In this document: piece by piece, positions 1 through 12,149 of the stretch
Numbering within the stretch: the stretch's first letter is position 1
Layout: every line of letters begins with the position of its first letter
Assembly (NCBI RefSeq): GCF_030144855.1
Contig: NC_082706.1
Span: forward strand, 24,676,001-24,740,000
Origin: Hypanus sabinus
Lineage: Eukaryota
Direction of reading: 5' to 3'
DNA: 64,000 bases
Made by a program: the position numbers and the translations under genes
Notes under the pieces: generated by a model
What the model was told of the DNA's origin: nothing
The model's input: the letters and a program-made list of their open reading frames with translations, nothing else
Databases searched by the model: none

Positions 1-140
1 TCATGGGTGGGGAGAAGGGATGAAGTGAGAATCCTGGAGGTGACAGTTGGAAAAGGTAAAGGGCTGAAGAAGAAGGTTTATCCATTTCCCAAGACGCTGC
101 CTGATTTGTCGAGTTCCTCCAGCATTTTGTGTGTGCTACT
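1..140. mobile_element. Penelope-like 3'-end fragments
   Basis: Purine-rich Penelope UTR-type sequence followed by GCTGCCTGA...GAGTTCCTCCAGCATTTTGTGTGTG, the terminus shared by other copies in the window. Confidence 0.6.
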
Positions 141-1019
141 CAAGGTGTGAAATTAAACTCACTTTGAATTGCGGAGAAGTAGGAGGAGCGGTGGGAAAGA
201 AAGGATGCTTGTAATAGGGTAGAGAGATTAAAAGACACAAGTGGTGGTGGATGCTGGCTGGGAGCGGTTGACGGAGGCTTCTTGATCCCACCTGATCTGA
301 TGGGAGGAGGTAGAAATAGGCAATGAATGAGAACACAGGAGACGGAGAAAAATACAGGAATGGTGGGAATTATGATGCTGCAGTTGAAAATTTTAAATAA
401 AATGGAATGCCTGCAATATCCAGTGGCTTACGCAATACCTGTGGAGGGAGAGAAACAGTGGATAACTTTTCTTTAGAAATGGCCAGTCCTGATACAAACT
501 GGAATAGGTTAATATCAAAAATTGCTGCAGCACTCCCCACCCCCGTGATTGTAATGGGAAAGTGCCATGAGAGAAGGAGTGGATGTTGGTGGAGATAGAG
601 GACTGACCATAGAGTCATAAGGAGAAGAATTTCTTTGGAATGCTGAGAGGGATGGGTCCGACTGCTTGTGGGAATATTCCATTATAGTCTGCCGCTTAGA
701 AAGATGTGCATCTCTAACAGGACATTAAGAGCCTCTTTCAACAAAAAAAAACTGTTATATTTCTGAATAAAGTATTTTATTGATGTTATAAATAATGTGA
801 CGCTAGTAAATATTTAAACCACCGTGTGTTGGATATAACTAAATAATTAACTGCAATTAAAAATAAATTATTAATGACAGTCCTCATATGTTCATAGTGA
901 ATGAAGAGCTTAGAGGGTTTGAGTTGAGTGACAGGTTGCAGAAACTAGCCTCAAATTCCCTCGAGTGTAACATATCAAACAGCATCATTACTGAGTGAGG
1001 AAAGGTATCGGAATCTTAC

Positions 1020-1125
1020 CGGGAGACTTTGCCTTCATTTCCCTGGGAAACTTGCGACAAACGTTGTTGTAGTTTGTACAGATGTGGTGCAAGCACCATT
1101 CAGACAGTTGATGGGCACAGTGGAA
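1020..1125 (-). CDS. RHOBTB2: RHOBTB2 coding exon 8 (C-terminal domain); terminal exon is outside the window
   Basis: TTATTTGCAG|[39 protein letters not shown]|GTAAGA. 106 nt. Confidence 0.95.
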
Positions 1126-1431
1126 CTGCAAATAAGATAAACACAAGTCAATTCATTAAATTTATTGCACAATAACACATGTTATCAGTAACAAGGCATC
1201 ATTTGAATAAACTATCTCAGAGTATCATCAGACAGATTAACTGGCTGTTGTTTTGAAAACTGGCCAGAAAAAAGGCTATAGTGAAGGAGTGAGGATTTCC
1301 CAATTGTTAAAAGTACCATATCAATGGTACTAATGACTCTCATCATTAATAAATCCCCATCATTAACATTTAAGAATATTGCACACATTTTTAAGTAGTT
1401 TAAATAGGCATTATTAACGTTCCTCTCAGTC

Positions 1432-3680
1432 GTAGAACCACAGAACACTACAGCACAGTACAGGCCCTTCAGCCCTCCATGTTGTGCCGGCCCATTTAAT
1501 CCTTTAAAAAAAAGTACTAAACCCACACAACCCCATAACCCTCTATTTTTCTTTCATTCATGTGCCTGTCCAAGGGGCTCTTAAATACCCCTGTTTTAGC
1601 CTTAACCACCACCCCTGGCAACCCTCTGTGTAAAAAAACTTACCCCTGATGTCTCCCCTAAACTTCCCTCTCTTAATGTTCTACATATGCCCTCTGGTGT
1701 TTGCTATCGGTGCCCTGGGAAACAGGTACTCACTATCCACACTATCTATGCCTCTCATAATCTTGTAGACCCTATCAAGTCCCCTCTCATTCTTCTACAT
1801 CCAAAGAGAAAAGTCTCAGCTCTGCTAACCTTGCTTCATATGACTTGTTCTCCAAACCAGGCAAAATCCTGGTAGATCTCCTCTGCACCTTCTCCATAGC
1901 TTCCACATCCTTCCTATAATGAAGTGTCCAGAATTGAACACAATACTGTAAGTGTGGTCTCACCCGAGATTTGTAGAGTTGCAACATGACCTCTCTACTC
2001 TTGAACTCAATCCCCCTGTTAATGAAGCCTAGCATCCCATAGGCCTTCTTAACTATCCTATCAACCTGTGCAGCGACCTTGAGGGATGTATGGATTTGAA
2101 CCCCAAGGTCCCTTTGTTCATCCACATTCTTAAGCAACTGACCATTAATCCTGTACTCAGTCTTCTGGTTTGTCCTTCCAAAATGCATCACCTCACACTT
2201 CTCCGGATTGAACTCCATCTGCCATCTTTCTGCCCAACTCTGTAGCCTGTCTATATCCTCTTGCAACCTTCAGCAACCTGAGCTCCATCCACAACTCTTC
2301 CAATCTTCATGTCATCTGCAAACATACTCACCCATCCTTCCATCTCTACATCCAGGTCATTTATAAAAACTACAAATAGCAGGGGTCCCAGGACAGATCC
2401 CTGTGGCACTCCACTAGTCACCAACCTCCAGGGAGAATACCTCCCTTCCACAACTACCCTCTGCTTTCTTCCTTTAAGCCAATTTTTTTTATCCAAACAG
2501 CCAAGGTTCCACTTATCCCATGCCTCATGACTTTCTGGATGAGTCTCTTGTGAGGGACCTTGTCAAATGCCTTGCTAAAGTCCATGTAGACCACATCTAC
2601 TGCCCTACCCTCATCAATTTCTTTTGTTATCTCTTCAAAAAACTCAATCAGGCTCGTGAGGCACGATCTTCCTCTCACAAAGCCATGTTGACTATCCATG
2701 AGTAGACTTTACTTCTCCAAATACTCGTAGATCCTATCCTTAAGAATCCTTTCCAGTGGTTTGCAGACCACCAACATAAGACTCACTGGTCTATAGTCCC
2801 CAGGTTTCTCCATATTACCATTTTTAAACAAGAGAGCTACATCTGCCATTCTCCAGTCCTCCGGCACTTCCCCTGCAGCCAAAGAGGATTCAAAGATCAT
2901 AGCTAATGTTCCTGCAATCTCTTCTCTCAATTCCCACAACAACCTGGGGTGTATCATATCCGGCCCTGGGGATTTATCAATCTTAATATTTTTAAGAAGA
3001 TCCAGCACTACTTCTTCCTTAACCTCCACATTGTCCAGCACACAGGCCCGCTCTACTTTGACCTCATCCTGATCAAGATCCTTTTCACTTGTGAATACTG
3101 CAGCAAAGTATTCACTTAGGACTTCCCCAACCTCCTCTGCCTACAGGCACATGTTGCCCTCTTTATCCTTTAGCGGTCCCACCTTCATTCTCGTCATCCT
3201 CCTGTTCTTCATATGCGCATAGAACGCCCTGGGGTTCTCCTTAATCCTAGATGCCAAAGCCTTCTCATGCCCCCTTCGAGCTCTTGTAAGTCTTTTCTTT
3301 AGCTCCTTCCTGGCTACCCTATATTTCTCATAAGCCCCTCCTACTTCCTGCTTCTTATATCTAACATATGCTTCCATTTTCCTCTTGATGATTTGCCTCA
3401 TGTGTTTCGTCAGCCACGGTTCTCTTTTTCTACCATGTTTACCTTGCCTCAGTGGGACAAACCTATCCTGAACCCAGCTCAAGTGGTCCCTAAACTTCTC
3501 CCAAATTACTCCTATGCTTTCCCCTTTGAACATCTATTTCCAATTTACTCTTGCTAGTTCCTGCCTCATCCCTTCAAAGTTAGCCCTTCCCCAGTTAAGC
3601 ACTTTACCGTTTTGTCTGATTTTATCCCTTTCCATAGCTGTTGATTCCATTTGATTCCATCCTGTGGTTCTTGAAGCTGT
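1432..3680 (-). mobile_element. 5'-truncated CR1-clade LINE (decayed ORF2/RT)
   Basis: Frameshifted ORF2 pieces: [67 protein letters not shown]1 3' tail at ~1432-1490. Confidence 0.92.
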
Positions 3681-3849
3681 TCTCCATCAGAATCATAGAA
3701 ATACACAGCACAGAAGGAGACAATTATTTGGTCCATGACATCTGTGCAATCCAAACCAAAGGGCTATTTTGAATAATCCCACTTCCTTGATTTTAGTTTA
3801 CAGCTATATGGTTTATGGTTCTCCAAATACTCTCCTGGAAATTTGTAAT

Positions 3850-5615
3850 TAGAAACATAGAAAACCTACAGCACAATACAGGCCCTTCAGCCCACAATGC
3901 TGTGCTTACTTTAGAAATTACCTGGGGTTACCCATAGCTCTCTATTTTTCTAAGGTCCATGTACTTATCCAGGAGTCTCTTAAAAGACCCTAAAGTATCT
4001 GTCTCCACCACCATCCCCAGCAGCCCATTCCACACACTCCAGCACACAGTTTCTGCATAAAAAACTTACCCCTGACGTCTCCTCTGTACCTACCTCCAAG
4101 CACCTTAAAACTGTGCCCTCTTTTGTTCGCCATTTCAACCCTGGGAAAAAGCCTCTGACTATCCACAGGATCAATGCCTCTCATCGTCTTATATACCTCT
4201 ATCAGGTCACCTCTCACCCTCTGTCGCTCCAAGGAGGAAAGGCCAAGTTCACTCAACCTATTCTCATAAGGTATGCTCCCCAATCCAGGCAACATCCTAG
4301 TAAATCTCCTCTGCACCCTTTCTATGGTTTCCACATCCTTCCTATAGTGAGGCGACCAGAACTGAGCACAGTACTCCAAGTGGGGTCTGACCAGGGTCCT
4401 ATAGAGCTGTAACATTACCTCTCAGCTCTTAAACTCATTCCACGGTTGATGAAGGCCAGTGCACCATATGTCTTCTTAACCACACAGTCAATCTATTTAG
4501 CAGCTTTGAGTGTCCTATGGACTCAGACCCCAAGATCCCTCCGATCCTCCACACTGCCAAGAGTCTTACCATTAATACTGTATTCTACCATCATATTTGA
4601 CCTACCAAAATGAACCACCTCACACTTCCCTGCATTGAACTCCATCTGTCACTTCTCAGCCCAGTTTTGCATCCTATCGATTACCCACTGTAACCTCTGA
4701 CAGCCCTCCACACTATCCACAACTCCTCCAACCTTTGCGTCATCAGCAAATTTACTAACCCATCCCTACACTGCCTCAACCAAGTCATTTATAAAAATCC
4801 ACAATGAGAAGGGGTCCCAGAACAGATCCCTGAGACACACCACTGGTCACTGACCTCCATGCAGAATTTGACACATCTACAACTACTCTTTGCCTTCTGT
4901 GGGCAAGCAAATTCTGGATCCACAAAGCAATGACTCCTTGGATTGCATGCCTCCTTACTTTCTCAATAAGCCTTATCAAATGCCTTACTGAAATCCATAT
5001 CCTGTACTAAATCTACTGGTCTACCTTCATCAATATGTTTAGTCACATCCTTAAAAAATTCAATCAGGCTCGTAAGGCATGACCTACCTTTGACGAAGCC
5101 ATGCTGACTATTCCTATTCATATTATGCCTCTCCAAATTTTCATAAATCCTGCCTCACAGGATCTTTTCCATCAGCTTCCATCAGCAAAGGGTAAGACTC
5201 ACTGGTCTATAATTTCCTGGGATATCTCTACTCTCTTTCTTGAATAAGGGAATAACATCTGCAAAGCTCAAATCCTCTGGAACCTCTCCCATCCCCATTG
5301 ATGATGCAAAGATCATCGCTAGAGGCTCAGCAATCTCCTCCCTCGCCTCCCAGTGTAGCCCGGGGTACATCTCGTCTGGTCCTGGAGACTTCTCCAACTT
5401 GATGTTTTCCAAAAGCTCCAGCACCTCCTCTTTCTTAATGTCAAGCTTTTCAATCCACTTTAAGTCATCCCTACAATCGCCAAGATCCTTTTCCATAGTG
5501 AATACTTAAGCAAAGTATTTATTAAGTACCTTTGCTATCTCCTCCAGTTCCATACACACTTTTTCACTGTCACACTTGATTGGTCCTATTCTTTTGCTCT
5601 TCACATACTTGTAGA
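3850..5615 (-). mobile_element. 5'-truncated CR1-clade LINE nested in an older CR1 (3688-3850 plus 5616-6680)
   Basis: ORF2 fragments KSPGPD, GNYRPVSLT, SGVSQGSVLGP, RPHLEYCAQFWSP. TAGAAACATAGAAA tail at 3850. Degenerate CR1 sequence continues on both sides. Confidence 0.9.
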
Positions 5616-6689
5616 ATTGTGATGAATGGTAAATATTCTGTCTTTAAACTCAGTCTAAATTTTCTAAAATATACAGTACTGTACTTCTTTCTTTAATCCG
5701 CTTGGATCAATTTCCTGACTCTTCCAAATCAATGCCCCTTGTTTTTAATAAACTCCTTGCAAGGGAAATACATCCTTCCTGTCAACTGTACCCAAGCCTC
5801 TCATAATTTTACGCACCTTCATTAGATCTACCATTCTTTCCCTTTGTTTTAAATTTAACAACCCAAGCCTAGTTATGCAGTTGTCCTGTTAACATGCTCA
5901 TAAATCTCTGCGTACTTTCCTGGATTATTGCATGCCTTCTATAAGGCGGTTAGCAGAACTCAAAATGGTACGCCATCCCTTTCTGAACTAGTAATGCAAA
6001 CATTTCTAGCATCACCTTCCTACTCTTATATTCTACTCTGACTGATAAAGACAGGTATCCAGTGTGCTCAATTACCTCATACTTTTGTCAGGCTACCTTT
6101 ACAAACCTGTGGTCATGATTCAGGAGACCCTGTTCCATACACTTCCAAGTCTATAACCATTCTCTTACCTTCACTGTCCTTTCCCAAGTGTAAATACCTC
6201 AAGCTTCTCCGGAATGAATTTTGTACACTTCTTCCCTTCCGCCTAAACAATCTATTTACATTTTCCTCTATCTGAGAACTTCCATATAATTAACCAAAAC
6301 GACCAAATTTTGTATTACCTGCAAATTTCTTCAGCATGGTCCCCACAATAAAGCCTGTTGTATATCAGGAAAAGAAATGCACCTCATACAGAGTTTATAA
6401 GAGTCCAAATTTTCATAGCTTTTTAATCAGTACCACCAATCATTATGGTTTATTTAGCGGCACTGAGCTAATTTTGGTTTCCACTCACTAGTTTCCTTGG
6501 GATTTTACATTTCTGACTGGTCTGCTATGAAGGACTTCATCAAGCTCCTTGCTAAGGTCCATAAACATCACATCAAGGATGTAAAACTCCTCTAACCTCC
6601 TCAAAATGTTCAATGAAGTTAGTCAGGTGTGATGTTACCTTGACAAATCCAAATGGCTGACCTTGATTTACCTGTACCTTTGGAGTGGG

Positions 6690-7167
6690 AATACCTTTAC
6701 CACACAGATTTGTGAAGTGATTACACTGGGCAAAATGCAGAGAAGGTTCCCCAGGATGTTACCTGGGATTAAATACTTCAGTTGTGAGGAGAGACCTGAT
6801 AGGCTGGGTTTATTTTCCTTGGAACAGAGGAAGTTGAGGAAGAACGTGATAGAATTATACATTATTAGGAGCATAACTTCTCCGTGGCAGAGTTAATAAA
6901 GCAAGAGGATGTTAGTTTAGCGTAAGGAGGTAAGAGGTTTGAAGGGGAACCGAAGATTATATTCTCCCCAGAGGGTAGTGGGAATCTGGAAGGTAGTGCC
7001 TGAATTGGTGGTGGAGGCAGGTATCCCACAGTTAAGAAGGATCTAAACAAGTATTCCAATTGTCAAACATAGAAGACTAATAGCAGAAAGTGGAATTATT
7101 GTAATAGGTGTGTCATGTTGGGCGTCAATGGAAAGTACAACTGTTTCTGTACTGTCTCACTTTATGG
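6690..7167 (+). mobile_element. Old CR1 3' fragment (target of the full-length CR1 insertion)
   Basis: QRRFPRMLPG...RLGLFSLEQRKLR and the CR1 tail CTGTTTCTGTACTGT. Confidence 0.75.
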
Positions 7168-7180
7168 ATCGGAGTTCTGA

Positions 7181-7237
7181 GAGGCGGGACTGCGCAGGCG
7201 CGTGAGGAGGCCTGGGAAGGAGGGAAGATATAAAAAG
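7181..7237 (+). promoter_or_regulatory. Putative Pol II promoter motifs at the CR1 5' end (GC box, NRF1-like, TATA)
   Basis: GAGGCGGGAC 7181-7190, TGCGCAGGCGC 7191-7201, TATAAAAAG 7229-7237. Motif matches only. Confidence 0.45.
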
Positions 7238-7387
7238 AACGCAGCCTTAAGAAGCGGGCAGCTTCGTTTGCAGGCAGCGGAGTGAGCTGGGAGCAGAGTG
7301 TAGGGCTTGGGCACAGGGGGCTTAGGCGGAAGAGGGCACAGTAGGCTTATCTTTTAGTTCTTGTTATTTTTCAGTTTTTCGGGAAGT

Positions 7388-8317
7388 ATGAGTGTGAGGG
7401 CAGCTTGTTGTTCTCGGTGTCGGATGTGGGAAGTCCTGGAGTCTTCGAGCCTCCCGGACGTCCAGATCTGCGCCAGGTGCACCGAACTGCAGCTCCTGAG
7501 GGACCGAGTTAGGGAACTGGAGCTGCATCTCGATGACCTTCACCTGGTCAGGGAGAGTGAGGAGGTGATAGAGAGGAGTTACAGGCAGGTGGTCACTCCA
7601 GGGCCATGGGAGGCAGATAGGTGGGTCACGGTCAGGAAGGGGAAGAGGCAGGTACTAGAGAGTACCCCGGTGGCTGTATCCCTTGACAATAAGTACTCAT
7701 GTTTGAGTACTGTTGGGGGGGACAGCCTTCCTGGTGGAAGTGACAGTGGCCGGGCCTCCAGCACAGAGGATGGCCCTGTAGCTCAGAAGGGTAGGGATAG
7801 AAGAAAGAGGACCATAGTAATAGGGGACTCGATAGTCAGGGGTTCAGACAGGCGGTTCTGTGGAGGTGATCGGGAGTCCCAGATGGTAATTTGCTTCCCT
7901 GGTGCCAGGGTTCGGGACGCTTCTGATCGCGTCCAAGATATCCTGAAGTGGGAGGGTGAGGAGCCAGAGGTCGTGGTACATGTAGGTACCAATGACATAG
8001 GTAGGAAAGGGGAAGAGGTCCTGAAACGAGAGTATAGGGAGTTAAGAAGGCAGTTAAGAAGAAGGACCGCAAAGGTAGTAATCTCAGGATTACTGCCTGT
8101 GCCACGCGACAGTGAGAGTAGGAATAGAATTAGGTGGAGGATGAATGCGTGGCTATGGGATTGGAGCAGGGGGCAGGGATTCAAGTTTTTGGATCATTGG
8201 GACCTCTTCTGGGGCAGGCGTGACCTGTTCAAGAAGGACGGGTTACACTTGAATCCTGGGGGGACCAATATCTTAGTGGGGAGGTTTGCTAGGGCTACAG
8301 GGAAGACTTTAAACTAG
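7388..8317 (+). CDS. CR1 ORF1p: CxxC..CxxC zinc finger, coiled coil and SGNH/GDSL esterase
   Basis: Open 309-codon frame from ATG 7388. CSRC...CARC, heptad LQLLRDRVRELELHLDDL, SGNH blocks GDSIVR, PGAR, HVGTND, DGLHLN. Confidence 0.9.
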   Translation: MSVRAACCSRCRMWEVLESSSLPDVQICARCTELQLLRDRVRELELHLDDLHLVRESEEVIERSYRQVVTPGPWEADRWVTVRKGKRQVLESTPVAVSLDNKYSCLSTVGGDSLPGGSDSGRASSTEDGPVAQKGRDRRKRTIVIGDSIVRGSDRRFCGGDRESQMVICFPGARVRDASDRVQDILKWEGEEPEVVVHVGTNDIGRKGEEVLKREYRELRRQLRRRTAKVVISGLLPVPRDSESRNRIRWRMNAWLWDWSRGQGFKFLDHWDLFWGRRDLFKKDGLHLNPGGTNILVGRFARATGKTLN

Positions 8318-8352
8318 TAAGATGGGGGGGCGGGAATCAATTTGAGGAAACT

Positions 8353-11300
8353 ATGGGAGAGGAGGTTAGTTCACCAGTAGAGCAAGTAAATACACAGAGT
8401 GTGAGGGAGGAAAGGCAGGTGATGGAGAAGGGATGCACACAGCCCGAAGATGTAGGGGTGAAGAAAGAAAAGGATAATAAATTTGAATGCATTGTTAGGG
8501 ATGAAAAGAGAGGAGGGGGTGGAGAGTATCTTAAATGTATCTATTTTAATGCTAGGAGCATTGCAAGAAAGGTGGATGAGCTTAAAGCGTGGATTGATAC
8601 CTGGAATTATGATGTTGTAGCTATTAGTGAAACATGGTTGCAGGAAGGGTGTGATTGGCAACTAAATATTACTGGATTTAGTTGCTTCAGGTGTGATAGA
8701 GTAGGAGGGGCCAGAGGAGGAGGTGTTGCATTGCTTGTCCGAGAAAATCCTATGGCGGTGCTTTGGAAGGACAGATTACAGAGCTCCTCCAGGGAGGCTA
8801 TTTGGGTGGAATTGAGGAATGGGAAGGGTGTAGTAACACTGATAGGAGTGTATTATAGGCCACCTAATGGGGAGCGTGAGTTGGAAGAGCAAATGTGTAA
8901 GGAGATAGCAGATATTTGTAGTAAACACAAGGTGGTGATTGTGGGAGATTTTAATTTTCCACACGTAGACTGGGAAGCTCATTCTGTAAAAGGGCTGGAT
9001 GGTTTAGAGTTTGTGAAATGTGTGCAGGATAGTTTTTTGCAACAATACATAGAAGTACCGACTAGAGATGGGGCAATGTTGGATCTCCTGTTAGGGAATG
9101 CGATAGGTCAGCTGACAGATGTATGTGTTGGGGAGCACTTCGGGTCCAGTGATCACAATAGCATTAGCTTCAATATAATTATGGAGAAGGACAGGACAGG
9201 ACCTAGAGTTGAGATTTTTGATTGGAGAAAGGCTAACTTTGAGGAGATGCGAAGGGATTTAGAGAGAGTGGATTGGGTCAAGTTGTTTTATGGGAAGGAT
9301 GTAATAGAGAAATGGATGTCATTTAAGGGTGAAATTATGAGGGTACAGAATCTTTATGTTCCTGTTAGGCTGAAAGGAAAGGTTAAAGGTTTGAAAGCAC
9401 CATGGTTTTCAAGGGATATTAGAAATTTGGTTCGGAAAAAGAGGGATGTCTACAATAGATATAGGCAGCATGGAGAAAAGGAATTGCTCAAGGAATATAA
9501 AGAATGTAAAAGGAATCTTAAGAAAGTGATTAGAAAAGCTAAAAGAAGATACGAGGTTGGTTTGGCAAATAAGGTGAAAGTAAATCCGAAAGGTTTCTAC
9601 AGTTATATTAAAAGCAAGAGGATAGTGAGGGATAAAATTGGCCCCTTAGAGAATCAGAGTGGTCAGCTATGTGTGGAGCCGAGGGAGATGGGAGAGATTT
9701 TGAACAATTTCTTCTCTTCGGTATTCACTAAGGAGAAGGATATTAAATTGTGGGCTGGACAGCACCTTTCTAGCAGTCTAACCGAGCTGGTCAGCACCCA
9801 CACAAACCTTGTCTCTCGTCACCCGAGGGGGCCGGCTTAGCCCTCTGACATCCAGGCCTTGGGAGCATCTCTAATGCCTCTCTTGGTCTCATATCATAAC
9901 AAGGGAGGGAAAAAAGGAAGAAAATAACCACAGCAACACAAAGACAGCTAAGCTACTCTTATCAAATGGATCAGGAGTAGAGGAAATACAACAGTCATAA
10001 ATTGGTCCCTTAGAGAATCAGGGTGGTCAGCTATGTGTGGAGCCGAGGGAGATGGGAGAGATTTTTAATGATTTCTTCTCTTCAGTATTCACTAAGGAGA
10101 AGGATATTAAATTGTGTAAGGTGTGGGAAACAAGTAAGGAAGTTATGGAACCTATGACAATTAAAGAGGTGGAAGCACTGGCGCTTTTAAGAAATTTAAA
10201 AGTGGATAAATCTCTGGGTCCTGACAGGATATACCCCAGGACCTTGAGGGAAGTTTGTGTAGAAATAGCAGGAGCTCTGACGGAGATCTTTAAGATGTCA
10301 TTAGAAACGGGGATTGTGCCGGAGGATTGGCGTATTGCTCATGTGGTTCCATTGTTTAAAAAGGGTTCTAGAAGTAAGCCTAGCAATTATAGACCTGTCA
10401 GTTTGACATCAGTGGTGGGTAAATTAATGGAAAATATTCTTATAGTATTAATAATTATCTGGAAAGACAGGATCTGATTAGGAGTAGCCAGCATGGATTT
10501 GTGCGTGGAAGGTCATGTTTGACAAACCTTATTGAATTTTTTGAAGAAGTTACGAGGAATGTTGACGAGGGTAAGGCAGTGAATGTAGTCTATATGGACT
10601 TCAGCAAAGCCTTTGACAAAGTTCCACATGGAAGGTTAGTTAAGAAGGTTCAGTCGTTAGGTATTAATGCTGGAGTAATAAAATGGATTCAACAGTGGCT
10701 AGATGGGAGATGCCAGAGAGTAGTGGTGGATAATTGTTTATCGGGATGGAGGCCGGTGACTAGCGGGGTGCCTCAGGGATCTGTTTTGGGCCCAATGTTG
10801 TTTGTAATATACATAAATGATCTGGATGATGTATTGGATTAGTAAGTATGCCGATGATACTAAGGTAGGAGGTGTTGTGGGTTTTCAAAGCTTGCAGGGA
10901 GATTTATGCCGGTTAGAAGAATGGGCTGAACATTGGCAGATGGAGTTTAATGCTGAGAAGTGTGAGGTTCTACATTTTGGCAGGAATAATCCAAATAGAA
11001 CATACAGGGTAAATGGTAGGGCATTGAGGAATGCAGAGGAACAGAGAGATCTAGGAATAACAGTGCATAGTTCCCTGAAGGTGGAGTCTCATGTAGATAG
11101 GGTGGTGAAGAAGGCTTTTGGAATGCTGGCTTTTATAAATCAAAGCATTGAGTACAGAAGTTGGAATGTAATGTTAAAATTGTACAAGGCATTGGTAAGG
11201 CCAAATTTAGAATATTGTGTGCAGTTCTGGTCACCGAATTATAGGAAAGATATCAACAAATTAGAGAGAGTGCATAGATGATTTACTAGGATGTTACCTG

Positions 11301-11673
11301 GGTTTCAGCACTTAAGTTACAGAGAAAGGTTGAACAAGTTAGGTCTCTATTCATTGGAGCGTAGAAGGTTGAGGGGGGATTTGATCGAGGTATTTAAAAT
11401 TTTGAGAGGGATAGAGTTGACATGAATAGGCTGTTTCCATTGAGAGTAGGGGAGATTCAAACGAGAGGACATGATTTAAGAGTTAGGGGGCAGAAGTTTA
11501 AGGGAAATACGAGTGGGTATTTCTTTACTCAGAGAGTGATAGCTGTGTGGAATGAGCTTCCTGTAGAAGTAGTAGAGGCCAGTTCAGTTGTGTCATTTAA
11601 GGTAAAATTGGATAGGTATATGGACAGGAAAGGAGTGGAGGGTTATGGGCTGAGTGCGGGTAGGTGGGACTAG
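8353..11673 (+). pseudogene. CR1 ORF2 (APE endonuclease plus RT), disrupted
   Basis: APE motifs YFNARS, SETW, YYRPP, GDFN, SDH. RT motifs [32 protein letters not shown]. Broken by the insert at 9753-9996, several frameshifts and a stop at 11279. Confidence 0.9.
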
Positions 11674-11909
11674 GTGAGATTAAGAGTTCGGCACGGACTA
11701 GGAGGGCCGAGATGGCCTGTTTCCGTGCTGTGATTGTTATATGGTTATATGGCTCTGTTCCAAAAGGACCCTGCTTCTACCTTTGAAGAACTGTAACTGG
11801 GCAAACAATGGCCAGTTTGCCTTACCTAAATGAGGAACACTTAGACTTGTTTTAAGTCACAGAAATATCTTTACGTTCTCACTTATTGTAGATCACAAAC
11901 AGTTTTTAC

Positions 11910-11998
11910 CTGAGCAATTTCCAAGAACAGTAAAACATCTCCATCTATGTCCACACCCATCTGTGTAGCTTCAATTAAGCCACATACAGTGTACTGCT
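11910..11998 (-). CDS. RHOBTB2: RHOBTB2 coding exon 7
   Basis: TATGTTACAG|AG, (E)[32 protein letters not shown]|GTAAAA. 89 nt, phase 1 to 0. Not in the ORF track. Confidence 0.94.
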
Positions 11999-12149
11999 CT
12001 GTAACATAAGAATTGAATCATTCAGTTAATCATAGAGTCATAGAAAAGTACAGCAAGAAACAGGCTTTTCTGGCCATCTTGTCTGTGGTGAACTTTTTAA
12101 AACTGCCTATTCTCATCGACCTGCACTGGGACCAGAGCCCTCAATACCC

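Larger units (their letters stand above)
7168..11752 (+). mobile_element. Full-length CR1-clade LINE (5'UTR, ORF1, ORF2, 3' tail), antisense to RHOBTB2
   Basis: CpG-rich 5'UTR, intact ORF1, APE-RT ORF2 with lesions, 3' end CCTGTTTCCGTGCTGT plus (GTTATATG)2 tail. TATGG is present at both flanks (7163-7167 and 11748-11752). Confidence 0.93.

Noticed and set aside
5672-5683. TACAGTACTGTA as a Tc1 excision footprint
   Set aside because: It matches the Tc1 TIR start but is only a 12-bp palindrome, which cannot be told from chance without the ancestral sequence.
5616-7167. A second CR1 5'-inversion (minus 5616-6680, plus 6690-7167)
   Set aside because: Both pieces cover the element's 3' region, so they are two separate insertions rather than contiguous halves.
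7361-8317. ORF as a host GDSL lipase/esterase gene
   Set aside because: It is intronless, lies directly upstream of an APE-RT ORF2 and sits inside an element with a CR1 tail, so it is LINE ORF1p.
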